Source: Eledone cirrhosa (Eukaryota). Taken from it: a DNA stretch of 64,000 nucleotides. The notes beneath the pieces are model-generated. The model saw nothing but the letters and a program-made list of their open reading frames with translations, had not been told where the DNA came from and made no database searches. Location of the stretch: the NCBI GenBank assembly GCA_964016885.1, contig OZ024741.1:220968001-221032000 (forward strand), read 5' to 3'. This document shows positions 53,063-64,000 of the stretch, piece by piece. The translations under genes and the position numbers were made by a program. Positions within the stretch are counted from its first letter, which is position 1. Every line of letters begins with the position of its first letter.

Positions 53063-53190
53063 GTATGTATGTATATATGTATGTATATAATCTTAACTCA
53101 GTCTGTTCAGGTTTAGTAATAAATAAATAATTTCAAGTCTCTAAAATCGTATGATTCTATCCTATTTTATTTTCCTCTATGTCTACCTTT
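52840..53190. repeat. Inverted ~110-bp arms around a (TA)n core
   Basis: 52840-52950 is the reverse complement of 53080-53190. A partial third copy lies at 51655-51710. Confidence 0.8.
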
Positions 53191-53869
53191 CTTTCTTTCG
53201 TTCTTTCAAAGTTTTTCATCACACACACACACACACATATTCACACACGTCTGAACGTAAAAAGGATGATATATATATATATACACACACACAAACTTTT
53301 AAGAGAGTCTGTGGTAAGACCAACATATCAAAAGTTTCTAGTTTGGTAATGTACTTGCATGAATTCTGTTATCAATCAAATCAACTTATACACTTACGAA
53401 CCTGCCTCGTTTTGAACCTAGATTTACTTAACTACAAATAAATCTACGAAATATAGAATGATATATTATGGTCCCGTAACTCTTGATTAAGTCGTTGGGG
53501 TGCTTCAGTGGCATACGGCGTTTTTTGGGCAGTTTTTTTTTAAGCATGGCGGCGCCCATCCCCTCCCCAGGTCTGAATATGGCAGATTTCTTCCAGTGAA
53601 GGATAGAGTGTGAGAGAATGGAAGTGAGAAAGAGATATAGTGGAAGATTCAAATCCCAGTACTGGACTGCTACTTTTTTATCGACCTCGAAAGGATATCA
53701 GGCAGAGTTGACCTCGGCGGGATTTGAACTCAGAGAACAGAGACTCAGAACGAATACTGTAAACCATTCTACCCGACGTTCTAACGAATCTGACAATTCA
53801 CCGCCATCTACGAACTATAGGAAAACTGACGATAACACCAGTCTAATAATGCAGCATATAGGAGGCCTC

Positions 53870-54280
53870 GTGGTAATGCCAGTGTACTAACGCAACATAT
53901 AGAAGAACTCGAGATAACACCAGTGTACTAACTAACACCAGTGTATTAACTAACAACAGTGTATTAACTAACACCAGTGTATTAACTAACACCAGTGTAC
54001 TAACACAGGATATAGAAGACCTCACTATAACACCACTGTACTAACACAGCATATAGAACACCTCACTAGAATACAAGTGTACTAACTAACACCAGTGTAC
54101 TAACTAATACCAGGGTACTAATACCAGGGTACTAACACCAGTGTACTAACTAACACAGCATATAGAAGACCTCACAATACCAGTCTACTAACTAACACCA
54201 GTCTACTAACACCAGTGTACTAACACCAGTGTACTAACTAACACGGCATATAGAAGACCCCGCAATAATTCCATTGTATT
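53870..54280. repeat. Degenerate tandem repeat (acaccagtgtactaacta / acagcatatagaagacctc)
   Basis: Directly visible. Confidence 0.85.
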
Positions 54281-54475
54281 AACCCAACATCTATCCTGAG
54301 TTCCTTCTCTATATTGACCTGGTAGACAAGATCCGTGAAGGCAATCGTCCAAGTGGTTAGAATGTTGCCCTCATAATTGTGATATCGTAGGTTCGTTTCT
54401 CGCTCTCACCCTGTCGCATCCTCTTTAAGAAATTGACGGTATTCAAGTCAGGAGAAGGATAAGCTGATCCAAATA

Positions 54476-54687
54476 CAGGGTGGCCACAAAAACACTCCTT
54501 GATTTCGAATACTTATCATATGAAGACATAAATGAATATTTTTTACAATATTGGTGACTACAGTTACATAAACTAACAAAGTTTCATGTGGTATTGGTTG
54601 ATATCATAGACACTCGATGTCTGCCCCTTTTGTTGCTCGGCAAACATCAATGCGATAATCAAGCTCATTGTTTTTGTGGTCACCCTG
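54476..54687. mobile_element. Tc1/mariner-type MITE
   Basis: TIRs CAGGGTGGCCACAAAAAC / GTTTTTGTGGTCACCCTG (17/18 match), flanked by TA on both sides. Confidence 0.8.
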
Positions 54688-55080
54688 TAGAATAAAACCT
54701 ACGACATGCCATATATCAATACAGTGGCCCTGGAACGTAATCAGGGAGTTCATGGTCTATTGAAATTCTGTTACAAATATTCCGAGCATGTCTGCGATCT
54801 CAGGATCTCTCTGTTTCGCTCACAAACGTCAAAGACAATGTATACAATCATGAGCACTACTAAAATTACCCTCACTAAATCTATGGGAAACAAATACGCA
54901 AACAATTAAATAAATATTATTTACTAGTAAGTCTGAATATTTATTGATTAGCATCAAGTTTGGTTAACCAAACCCAGGGGATTAACGACCTAATATGTAT
55001 TTTAATCAACAATGAAAAAACTATACGTCAGAAACAATTTCCACCCTGCACCTGCTATCCTACGAAATTTCCAGAATAAC

Positions 55081-55127
<47 letters not shown>

Positions 55128-55150
55128 TATATAGATATATATATATATAT

Positions 55151-55530
55151 ACGATATTAACAAATGGAAACTATATTTATAAAACCATATTTATTTCATT
55201 ATACATATTTCAAGGACACCAAGTTAAATTATGGTGTGCTTTCATCAGATAAAATATCTATCCGGGAGCTTCCAACAGTAATGGTTGCATGGTTTAAGGG
55301 TATGTCAATATTATTTATAAAATTGATCTATATTGTATTTTATCTGATGAAAGCAGACCATAATTTAACTTGGCGTCCTTGAAATATGTATAATGAAATA
55401 AATATGGTTTTATAAATATAGTTTCCATTTGTTAATATCGTATGTTTACTCCAAATATTTGTTGAGTGCTTTATATCAGTTATAAAAATATTTGCTTGTT
55501 GTATCCCAACAAATTAAATAGAACTTTTAC
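55151..55530. mobile_element. Family A fold-back element with two hammerheads (55192-55256 -, 55336-55400 +)
   Basis: Inverted arms 55151-55257 / 55336-55442, flanked by (TA)n. Confidence 0.88.
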
Positions 55531-55635
<105 letters not shown>

Positions 55636-55902
55636 TATATATGTGTGTGTGCGTGTATGTATGTGTATATATATTTATATTATATATATATATATGTTTG
55701 TGTGTGTATATACATACTTGTATGTGTATATGTATATATATATATATATATAAGTGTGTGTGTGTATAGAGAATGAATTAATAGAAGTAATATGTGTATG
55801 TATTCACACACCTACATATATATATACACAGATATATACATACATACATTCACATATGTATACATATAGATACATGTATATATGTATGTATGTATATATA
55901 TA

Positions 55903-55935
<33 letters not shown>

Positions 55936-55999
55936 TTATATGTGTATATATATATTAAAATACAAATATTAATAAAATAGATGTTCTTTTGATCAATTA

Positions 56000-56054
56000 C
56001 ATTTTATTATACATATTTCGGATATACAACAGTACGTCCTCATCAGACAAAATA
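56000..56054 (-). ncRNA. Type I hammerhead ribozyme, family A2 (best-formed example)
   Basis: Stem I tattttgt/ataaaatg (8 bp); CTGATGA; stem II ggacgtac tgtt gtatatcc; GAAA; self-complementary stem III atatgtat; AUA triplet. Confidence 0.82.
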
Positions 56055-56244
56055 TAATGATACATGACATACCCTGAGATGTTAAATGGTTAAGATTTAA
56101 TCAAGGTAGTCATTTTATTAATATTTTATTAATATTTGTATTTTAATATTAATAACTCTGGAAAATTATTTTTCTATAGAGTGCTTCCAATCTACTGTAA
56201 AACTCATTCTTTGATGTACTCATTGAATATTGTTTAACTCTTTA

Positions 56245-56279
<35 letters not shown>

Positions 56280-56286
<7 letters not shown>

Positions 56287-56670
56287 ATACTTTCGGAGGG
56301 TCATGTTGCCAATAAGAAACACACACACCAGTTGCTTTCATTCCAATTTAAAAAAAATTATAAATTTCCGGTTGGTTGGTTGGTTCTACAACTGGACGGT
56401 TGTCAAAGTTCTTTTGTCACACATTCTGTGACCTCATCGGTGACTGGGGATTCTTTTCTTTGTTTTGTGCCTCTCCTTTGTTCTGTCCTATGCCATCTTG
56501 TTTTTGTGTGTGTTGTGTGCTTGGTTTGCGCATGTGTTACATAAATTTGACTGAAAGCAACTGGTGCGTGTGTTTCTTATTGGCACCATGACCCTCTCAA
56601 AGTATAACAATATCGGTTCCAACACACGTTTTCAGATAAAGAATCTTGCTAAACAAATTCAGAAACGAAA
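56280..56670. mobile_element. Inverted pair of family D pseudo-LTRs (same family as the 27.7-29.8 kb PLE)
   Basis: 56280-56535(-) matches 29405-29710 and 56550-56670(+) matches 29645-29768. The hammerhead at 56402-56445 is mutated (CCGATGA, AAAA). Confidence 0.85.
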
Positions 56671-56945
56671 TATATATATATACATATATACATACACACA
56701 TATATACATGCATACACATATATATACATACATATATATATACATATATATATACATATATAGCGTATACAGGAAACTGACTGGCCAGCCTGCTGATATG
56801 CAAATCTGGCTGATCAGTGGATCTGCTAATATGCAGATCTGACTGATCAGCCAGTCAGCTAATATGCAAATCAGGCCAATCAGTCACTGTGTATTTTTGA
56901 GCATATATTTTCAATAGCTCTGACAGTTTGGCAGATGAACAGTGA

Positions 56946-56991
56946 TCTGTACTGATGAAGGGTGATACCCAGAAACATTAGTGTCAGCAGA
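56946..56991 (+). ncRNA. Putative minimal hammerhead ribozyme (singleton)
   Basis: tctgta-CTGATGA-agggt gat accca-GAAAC attagt GTC-agcaga. Confidence 0.65.
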
Positions 56992-57079
56992 ATGAAGAGT
57001 TAATTCTACTGACATGGCTATAAAATTGAGGCTTGTTTGCAATATTGCAAACGAATCGAATGTTATTATTAATATTCAA

Positions 57080-57255
57080 AACGGCGGTAAATTGACAGTA
57101 TGGGTAGAGGGTTGGACGCCATGCTTTCTAGCACAGTTACGTCAAATCCCGCCGAGGTTAACTTTGCCTTTCATCCTTACGGGGTCGATAAAATAAAGTA
57201 CCAGTAATGTACTGGTTAATTGCTGGCCTTGTGCCTAAAGTAGAAACAATTATTA
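57080..57255 (+). mobile_element. tRNA-derived SINE
   Basis: Head, central domain and tail as in the other copies. Another copy at 57947-58105 and one at 53640-53808(-). Confidence 0.8.
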
Positions 57256-57528
57256 ATATTCAAAAACTCAGATTACATTTATTATATATATATATATACA
57301 TATATTTATCTTCTTACGAAAACTTATATCCAGAGACACACAGCCTGAGATATCCACACACACTCATGGATAGATGTATCACATCACACACATTATATAC
57401 ATACAATAATATATACCTGGCATCTATATATATTAATATGTGGTAACAGGTGGTTGTAGTATATATCTTATTTTTACGGCTCTTCCACGATAATTGAAAA
57501 CATAATATTCATACGGTATACTTATTTC

Positions 57529-57946
57529 TAATCTCGGTTCTCAAATAATAGGGGGGAATAAACGTGGGGGGCGGTAAGCAGGGGGTAAGCGGGTGAGGTT
57601 GGAATAAGTGTGTGATCATCGATGGATGTTGTAAAATCAATGATTTTTTTAGGTTGTCTCCGTTGATTTTTTTTTTTAAACCAGAATTAGTTGTTTAGTT
57701 TACATATTGTGACCCACTCCAACCCATCTTATTTATTTTATAACATATGGGATTTCTAGTAATGTTGTTTCTTTTGTCGTGTATAATGAGGGGTTTTTTT
57801 AATGTATGAAGAAAATCAATTGCCGCAGGAATGCTACAACTTAAAATAAAATATCGCCCGAGATAGATTAGCAAACTTACATGAGCGGGGAGAGGGATCT
57901 GAAAAACTAATAAGCGGGTGCAGACGATTATTCGAGATACGAGAGT
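57529..57946. mobile_element. Possible degenerate MITE
   Basis: Imperfect TIRs aatctcggttctcaaataat / attattcgagatacgagagt. Confidence 0.35.
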
Positions 57947-58473
57947 TGGCGGCCAATTGACAGAGTTGTTAGATCGTGGGATAGGATGCTTTCCAGTATT
58001 CTTTTCAGGTCCCTGCTCTCTTAAGTTCAAATCCCGCCGAGGTCAACTTTGCCTTTCATCCATTCAAGCTCGATAATAAAAATGTACCAGTCTGATACTG
58101 GGTTCGATATTTCATCTATATATCTCACATCAATTCTCTGACTCTCTCTATCCTTCTCTGGAAGAAATCTGCTGTATTCAGAGTTGGGGAGGAGATTGGC
58201 TCCGCTAGATTATTTATTTTAAATGGCCTAGAAAAGACGTGTGTCAATGCTGCGCCCCTACGACTCCATAACAGGAATTACAAGAACATACATACATACA
58301 CACATACATACACACATACATACATACATACATACATACATACATACATACATACATACATACATACATACATACATACATACATACACACATACATACA
58401 CACATACATACATACATACATACATACATACATACATACATACATACATACATACATACATACATACATACAT

Positions 58474-61428
58474 AGTCAGTCAGTCAACGCGTTCAGTCGC
58501 ATATTTTGGCGTGGGAGACTATTTATTAAATTTAAGATGAATACTCTCTCCAACAGAAGTGTCACAACTACCAGTCATGTTGAATAACTGGTTATTCTTC
58601 TAACTATATCCACTGAAGACACCTTTTATTCCAATTCGTAGAGATATCCGACTGAATACATAATTCATTTTACAAGGATTTGCTACAAACAGCATGGCTG
58701 AACACAACATCAACAACATCAGTGGAATACGGAAGAAAAACTAGAAAGGTAAACAATATGTATTCAGTTGTAGCTACAGTAGAAACCGAAATTATAAATC
58801 GCGTTTCTCTTGGAGTTGCGAACTTAATAATGATTTATTTAATTGTTATAAAATGGCAAAAAACAATCCCTCCATTGGCTATATGAACAGAATGAAGCTA
58901 CACTGGGACGAAATGCACCGAGAGCTAAATCACTTCACAGCGAAACAATTACGCCAACAAGCGACGTTTGTTGAACGTAAAAATAAGATAAATATTATTA
59001 ATGTTAAGTCCCCCACAACGAACATGGAATCAACAACACGTGCGACAGGCCACCATGCTACTAGACTTCCTAGTAGCCAGGTCGAACAGTGCCTTGAAAC
59101 AATTATGCCTGTAAGAAACTTGACACCACGTGTACCATCTAAGTCTACCTCGAATGCTGGGGAAAACACTATCGATAATAATAATAATCGAAGAAATTTG
59201 ACACCACGTGTACCATCCGAGTCTACCTCGACTATTATGGAAAATACTATCGATAATGATACTAATCAAAAGTATAAACAATTGAAAATTTCCCTCAATG
59301 AAATCTTCCAGAGAGAAATTATTCATGTATAAATATATCTTTTGCTGAACGTATTAAAACAACAAAAATTAAATAAATAAAAAACGTGTTATTGACGAAA
59401 TGGGGGGGGGGGGTATTTACGGCGGATAATAACCCCAAAATTTTGGCGAATCAACGCCTGTTTATATGCCTTAGCAACGACAGTGAAGCATTATCTTGCT
59501 GATAGCAGAACGAGAACAAAACACCACCAAAAATACCATCTTTTATAATTAAAATAAATAAAAAGATTGCTGACCTACGAAAAACCATAGGATATGTGAT
59601 AATGCTCCTTACATACAAAAAAGACTTCACTCCTCACCAACAAAGAGCGAAAAATAAAATAGAAACGATGTTTGGTAACAGTAGAACCAGAACTCTTCAA
59701 TATAAGCTGATCTCCTGCAAACAAGAATTGAGAGCTGTTAGCGAAAAACGCCGATACCTGAAGAAGGTAGATGAAAGAAAAGTGCTTAATAAAAGATTGA
59801 AACAAAACAAAACATCAGTATATAGAGATATGAAGGACAAAATAATCAGTGACATAGATTCCTTTTGGAGAAAAATATGGGGTGAAAAGAATAATTTCAA
59901 CCAAGATGCAGTGTGGCTAAAAGAAATCCGAAAGAACTATTGCTCCTGCACTACAAACAAAAACATACGAAATAAGTGAGAGTACACTTGAGACTGTGAT
60001 AGGAAAACTCCAACATAAGAAAACACCAGGAAGAGACATGATTGTCGGCTACTGGTACCAAAAACTGATATTCTATCGGAGGTATCTTACTGACCTCTAC
60101 GAACAAGCTCTTAAGGGAGATACACCTATACCTGAGTGGTAGACATTAGTACGAACATTACTGGTCCCCAAGAACAAAGACACCCACTTGGCAAAAGACT
60201 ACCGACCCATTGATTGCCAGAACCTGGTGTATAAGATGTATACAGCCTACCTGAACCTATTCCTCCAAGATCACTGTGAAAATAATAACATCATCACAGA
60301 TGAACAAACAGCTGGAAAGAAAGCGGTCTGGGGATGTGCTGAACAACTCCTAATCAATAAAACTGCGATGTCGGAGGTGCGACAACTTAGGAGGAATATG
60401 GCTACAGTCTGGCTGGACTACAGGAAAGCTTTCGAATCTGTTCTCCACTCTTGGATGATAGAGGCCCTCCAACTTGCTAAAGTCCCAGACATTATTATCA
60501 GAGCCATAGAAAAGCTGTCATAAAGTTAAAGACAGAGAGGGAGGACTCTTTTTTCACTGATAAAATAAAATATCGCAGGGGTATATTTCAGGAAAACAGT
60601 CTCTCTGTAATATTATTCATCCTGTCATTAAACCCCTTGTGCTTTCTGCTCAAGAACTGTGAAGGATACATCATTGGCTCACAGGAGGACAGAAATACGA
60701 ACCTAACCCATAATTTCTTTGTGGATATCTGAAACTCTATGCCAAGACCATTGATGGTATGAAGAAAAATCTTGACCTTGTTGCAACATTCTCAAAGGAA
60801 TGGAGTTTGGCCAAGATAAATGCTCATATATGATTGTAAAGCGGGGAAAAACAACCCAGTCTAGCAACATTGTCATCAATGGCGTAACTGTTTCACCGAT
60901 ATCCGATGAGGACTGCTACAGATACCTGGGGATAGATGAGGACATATCCTATAATGGTATCTGTAATAAGGAACGCGTAACCAGGGAATACTACACCCGA
61001 TTATGAAAGATATGCTCATTGGAACTCTCTGCGCAAAACAAAACAGTGGCTCACAATGTGTTTGCTGTGCCTGTCCTAACACCAACGTTTGGAATACTCA
61101 ATTGGACGATAGACGAAATCCGAGCAGTTGATGTTAGAACTCGAAAAATACTAAACAACACCGGAAACTTCCACATCAACAGTGACATAGACCGCCTTCA
61201 CTTGAAACGTAAGCAGGGAGGCAGAGGCCTAACATCAGTCCATACAGCAGTTGAATGTCGCATCATATCACTGCGACAACATCTACGAACTTCGAAGCGT
61301 AGGAGCCCGTCTCTCGAGCAAGACTATCTGCATGAAACAGATAAGATCATGAGAGTTGGGAAGGAACTTCTCGAGCGATATTTCCTGTGATAATCAAAAA
61401 CTCAGACCCAGGGAAGTCGCTCAGCAGT
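58474..61428 (+). mobile_element. R4/Dong-like non-LTR retrotransposon, disrupted RT, 3'-truncated
   Basis: Fragments: YMNRMKLHWDE..LRQQA (N-terminal), FWRKIW, KDYRPI.CQNLVYK, EQLLIN, WLDYRKAFESV.HSW, RGIFQENSLS, MEFGQDKC, YRYLG, NK..A.N.FAVPVL..TFG..NW, RLHLKRKQGGRGL. Many stops and frameshifts; (CATA)n on both sides. Confidence 0.85.
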
Positions 61429-61597
61429 ATCATACATACATACATACATACATACATACATACATACATACATACATACATACATACTTGCGTACTTACG
61501 TACTTACGTACTTACTTACTTACTTACGTACTTACTTACTTACTTACTATAAATGATTTCTGATTTAGACACAATATTCTTCTTCCATTTGATCCAG

Positions 61598-61760
61598 CTA
61601 GTTCCCCAAGTGAGACCAGTTGATCTCATGGATGTTATACAAACACCTTGCTCGGGGTCTACGCATGGGTACCCTCACTGTTGGTTTTGCCCGTAACATC
61701 TGTCCAGCGATTCTTTTCTGAGACATTCTAACTACATGTCCGTAATAAGGCGAACACAAG
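61598..61760 (-). mobile_element. RTE LINE 3' fragment
   Basis: YYGHVVRM..KRI....L..KP....P..RPRAR. Confidence 0.65.
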
Positions 61761-61859
61761 TGGCTGAACTGGAGTCCCACCGAAGGTTGCTTGTGTGTGA
61801 CAGCTCACACCTATGCAGGTTTACTTAGCCTCCTCCAAAGTAAATCTCATTGGTAATTT

Positions 61860-62022
61860 AATGATAGGGATCCCAGTCCTATCATCTCATTTCTACAGCT
61901 GAGTAAACTGGAGCAACGTGAAATAAAGTGTCTTGCTCAAGGAAACAACACATCACCCACTCCGAGAATTGAACACACAACCTTTTGATTGCAAGCCCAA
62001 TGCTCTAACCACTAAGTCATGC
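61860..62022 (-). mobile_element. SINE of a different family
   Basis: Minus strand tagtggttagagcattgg..tgtgttcaattc (tRNA-like head), then ccttgagcaagacactt. Confidence 0.6.
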
Positions 62023-62499
62023 TTGGAGTAAAATTACTTGATAGAGTGCGTAGCTCGAAGATCAGAGAATCACTTCAAATAGAGCCGCTACTTCTCCGTA
62101 TTGAGAGATCACAGCTCTTATATTACGGACATAGATAATATATGTTAGCTTAAATTAAGCTATTTCAACGAAACGTGTCAAAAACCCCTAAAGACGGAAC
62201 AATGGACAAGATCGTGGGTAGGTTTCGAACTCACACTTGCTGATTCTTTCCACTTTTTCAGTCTCTAGAGGTTTAGATACCCAAATAGTTCGTCTACGTT
62301 GAAATATCTACTTTAAGTTAACATACATTCAAAAGTGAAACTTTGGTCAACGATTTCTCAATACGATTGATATATGTATGTATGTGTGTGTGTGTGTGTG
62401 ATTGTTTGTGTGTGTGAGTGTGTGGTGTGTAAGTATGTGAGTGTGTGTAAGTGTCTGTGTTTATATTATATATATAATATATATATATTCGTGAAGACC

Positions 62500-62946
62500 T
62501 GTAAATTCGCCTCTTCGTTGCTGTAGTGGAGGTCTGTGCTGCTGTACGGGTCTGAGACTTGGACACTGACCCAGAAACTCACTCAGATGGTGGATGGGTG
62601 CTACACGAGAATGCTGAGGATGGCTCTGAACATTAATCAGTATACACTGAGGATGAAAACGTGAGAGCTGTGTGGGAGCCTCCCAAAAGTCAGCTCAAAA
62701 GTGACACAGAGGAGACTGAGGTTAGCTGGACATGCTCACCGACATCCAGAGTTGACATTGCACTCAGTGCTCCTGTGGGAACCCCTACATGGACACACTG
62801 GAAGAGGAATACCAAGGTTAGCGTATGTTGATGCCCTAAGGACAGACATTGGTCTGTTGGAGACGCAGGACATGGCAGCGATAATGTGGGACAGAGACCG
62901 CTGGAGAGAACCCGTCCATGGATCTCGGGAATTTTACCCGCCCTAG
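62500..62946 (+). mobile_element. RTE-clade LINE 3' fragment
   Basis: LLYGSETWTL, DGCYTRMLRMALNI, QRRLRLAGHAHRH, LLWEP.HG..GRG.P...YVD.L..D.G. Confidence 0.85.
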
Positions 62947-63504
62947 ATATATATATGTATAATATAAAGCGGATTGTGATCCGAATACACGGAGGATATC
63001 CTGCCTCGACCCGACCCCCCTCGCACGCATGAGTCAGGGATAAATACCACAAGTAAAAATGACACGCCGATTACTACCACTTACCCCTCTCCCCACGTCC
63101 AGAGGGGACTTTGACCCTGTGTCCGTGTGGGTGTATCCACATGTGGACGTATATGGAGCTATGTGTATGTGTGTGTGTGACTGTGTAGACGTAATATGGG
63201 AATGCACCTGAGCCTGTGTTTGTGCGTGTGTGCTTGCAACGGTGTGCGTTGACATACACGCATATGTACTTTATGCTGAAATAAGAATTGTAGTACTTTG
63301 CACAGGTTTTTGGTATTTTACACTCCACTTTTGCCTCATTTGTTTTTAAAATGCACCAATCTATGATAAAATAAGAATTGTAATTCTTTACACTTCTCGA
63401 TTCTGACACACAGGTTTTCTATTTCAGTTTATATTTTTCAAAATGTTTGATATTGGTTGTAGCACAAACGCATTTTTTATTTGTTTGGCATATATATATA
63501 TATA

Positions 63505-63539
63505 TTTGTTTATCTAATAATTCTGTAGACATGATTTAT

Positions 63540-63599
<60 letters not shown>

Positions 63600-63634
63600 A
63601 TAAATCATGTCTACAGAATTATTAGATAAACAAA
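63505..63634. repeat. Perfect palindrome: 40-bp unique arms around (TA)n
   Basis: tttgtttatctaataattctgtagacatgatttataataa / ttattataaatcatgtctacagaattattagataaacaaa. Confidence 0.9.
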
Positions 63635-63663
63635 TATATATATATATATACAAATATACAAAT

Positions 63664-63699
<36 letters not shown>

Positions 63700-64000
63700 C
63701 AAATATACAAATCATATATGTATATGTGTATGTGTATATGTGTATGTGCGTGTGTTATACCTACACTTACAAAACAAAAGCACAAAACCTTACAAGCACA
63801 ATACATTACTATTAAACAATACACCTCGCCGCCGCCCACACCACCATCAGCCACACTTCCGCCGCCGCCGCCACACTCGTCTTTAGTCTAAACAACCAAA
63901 TACTTGATAACATGATAATCAATAGAAAACATGACATTGTGTTTGGTCGCCAATGGCAACTACAATCGACATTATCGTTGGCAAGCCAAAAAAAAAAAAA

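Noticed and set aside
54340-54410. tRNA-like sequence
   Set aside because: Acceptor and T stems do not pair. More likely a decayed SINE head.

Overview
Eukaryotic, AT-rich, gene-poor window dominated by (TA)n/(CA)n/(CATA)n/(GA)n microsatellites and retroelement debris. The SINE and microsatellite content resembles a cephalopod (Octopus-like) genome, which is an inference. No host protein-coding gene could be supported, and almost all ORFs in the track are microsatellite artefacts. Recognisable elements: a 5'-truncated but uninterrupted Penelope-like element (RT + GIY-YIG) at ~27.74-29.77 kb with a convergent paralogous fragment, L1/Tx1, CR1, RTE and R4/Dong-like LINE fragments, many tRNA-derived SINEs, a Tc1/mariner MITE and an LTR remnant. 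The main unexplained signal is non-coding. The short islands between (TA)n tracts belong to about 10 distinct repeat families, each carrying a type I hammerhead ribozyme fold (stem I-CUGANGA-stem II-GAAA-stem III-NUH). Paralogous copies show compensatory stem changes, two families carry U3-A8 core variants, and many copies are inserted as fold-back (inverted) pairs. They read as Penelope pseudo-LTR / retrozyme-like elements that target microsatellites. All folds were derived by eye, and coordinates are approximate to a few bases.
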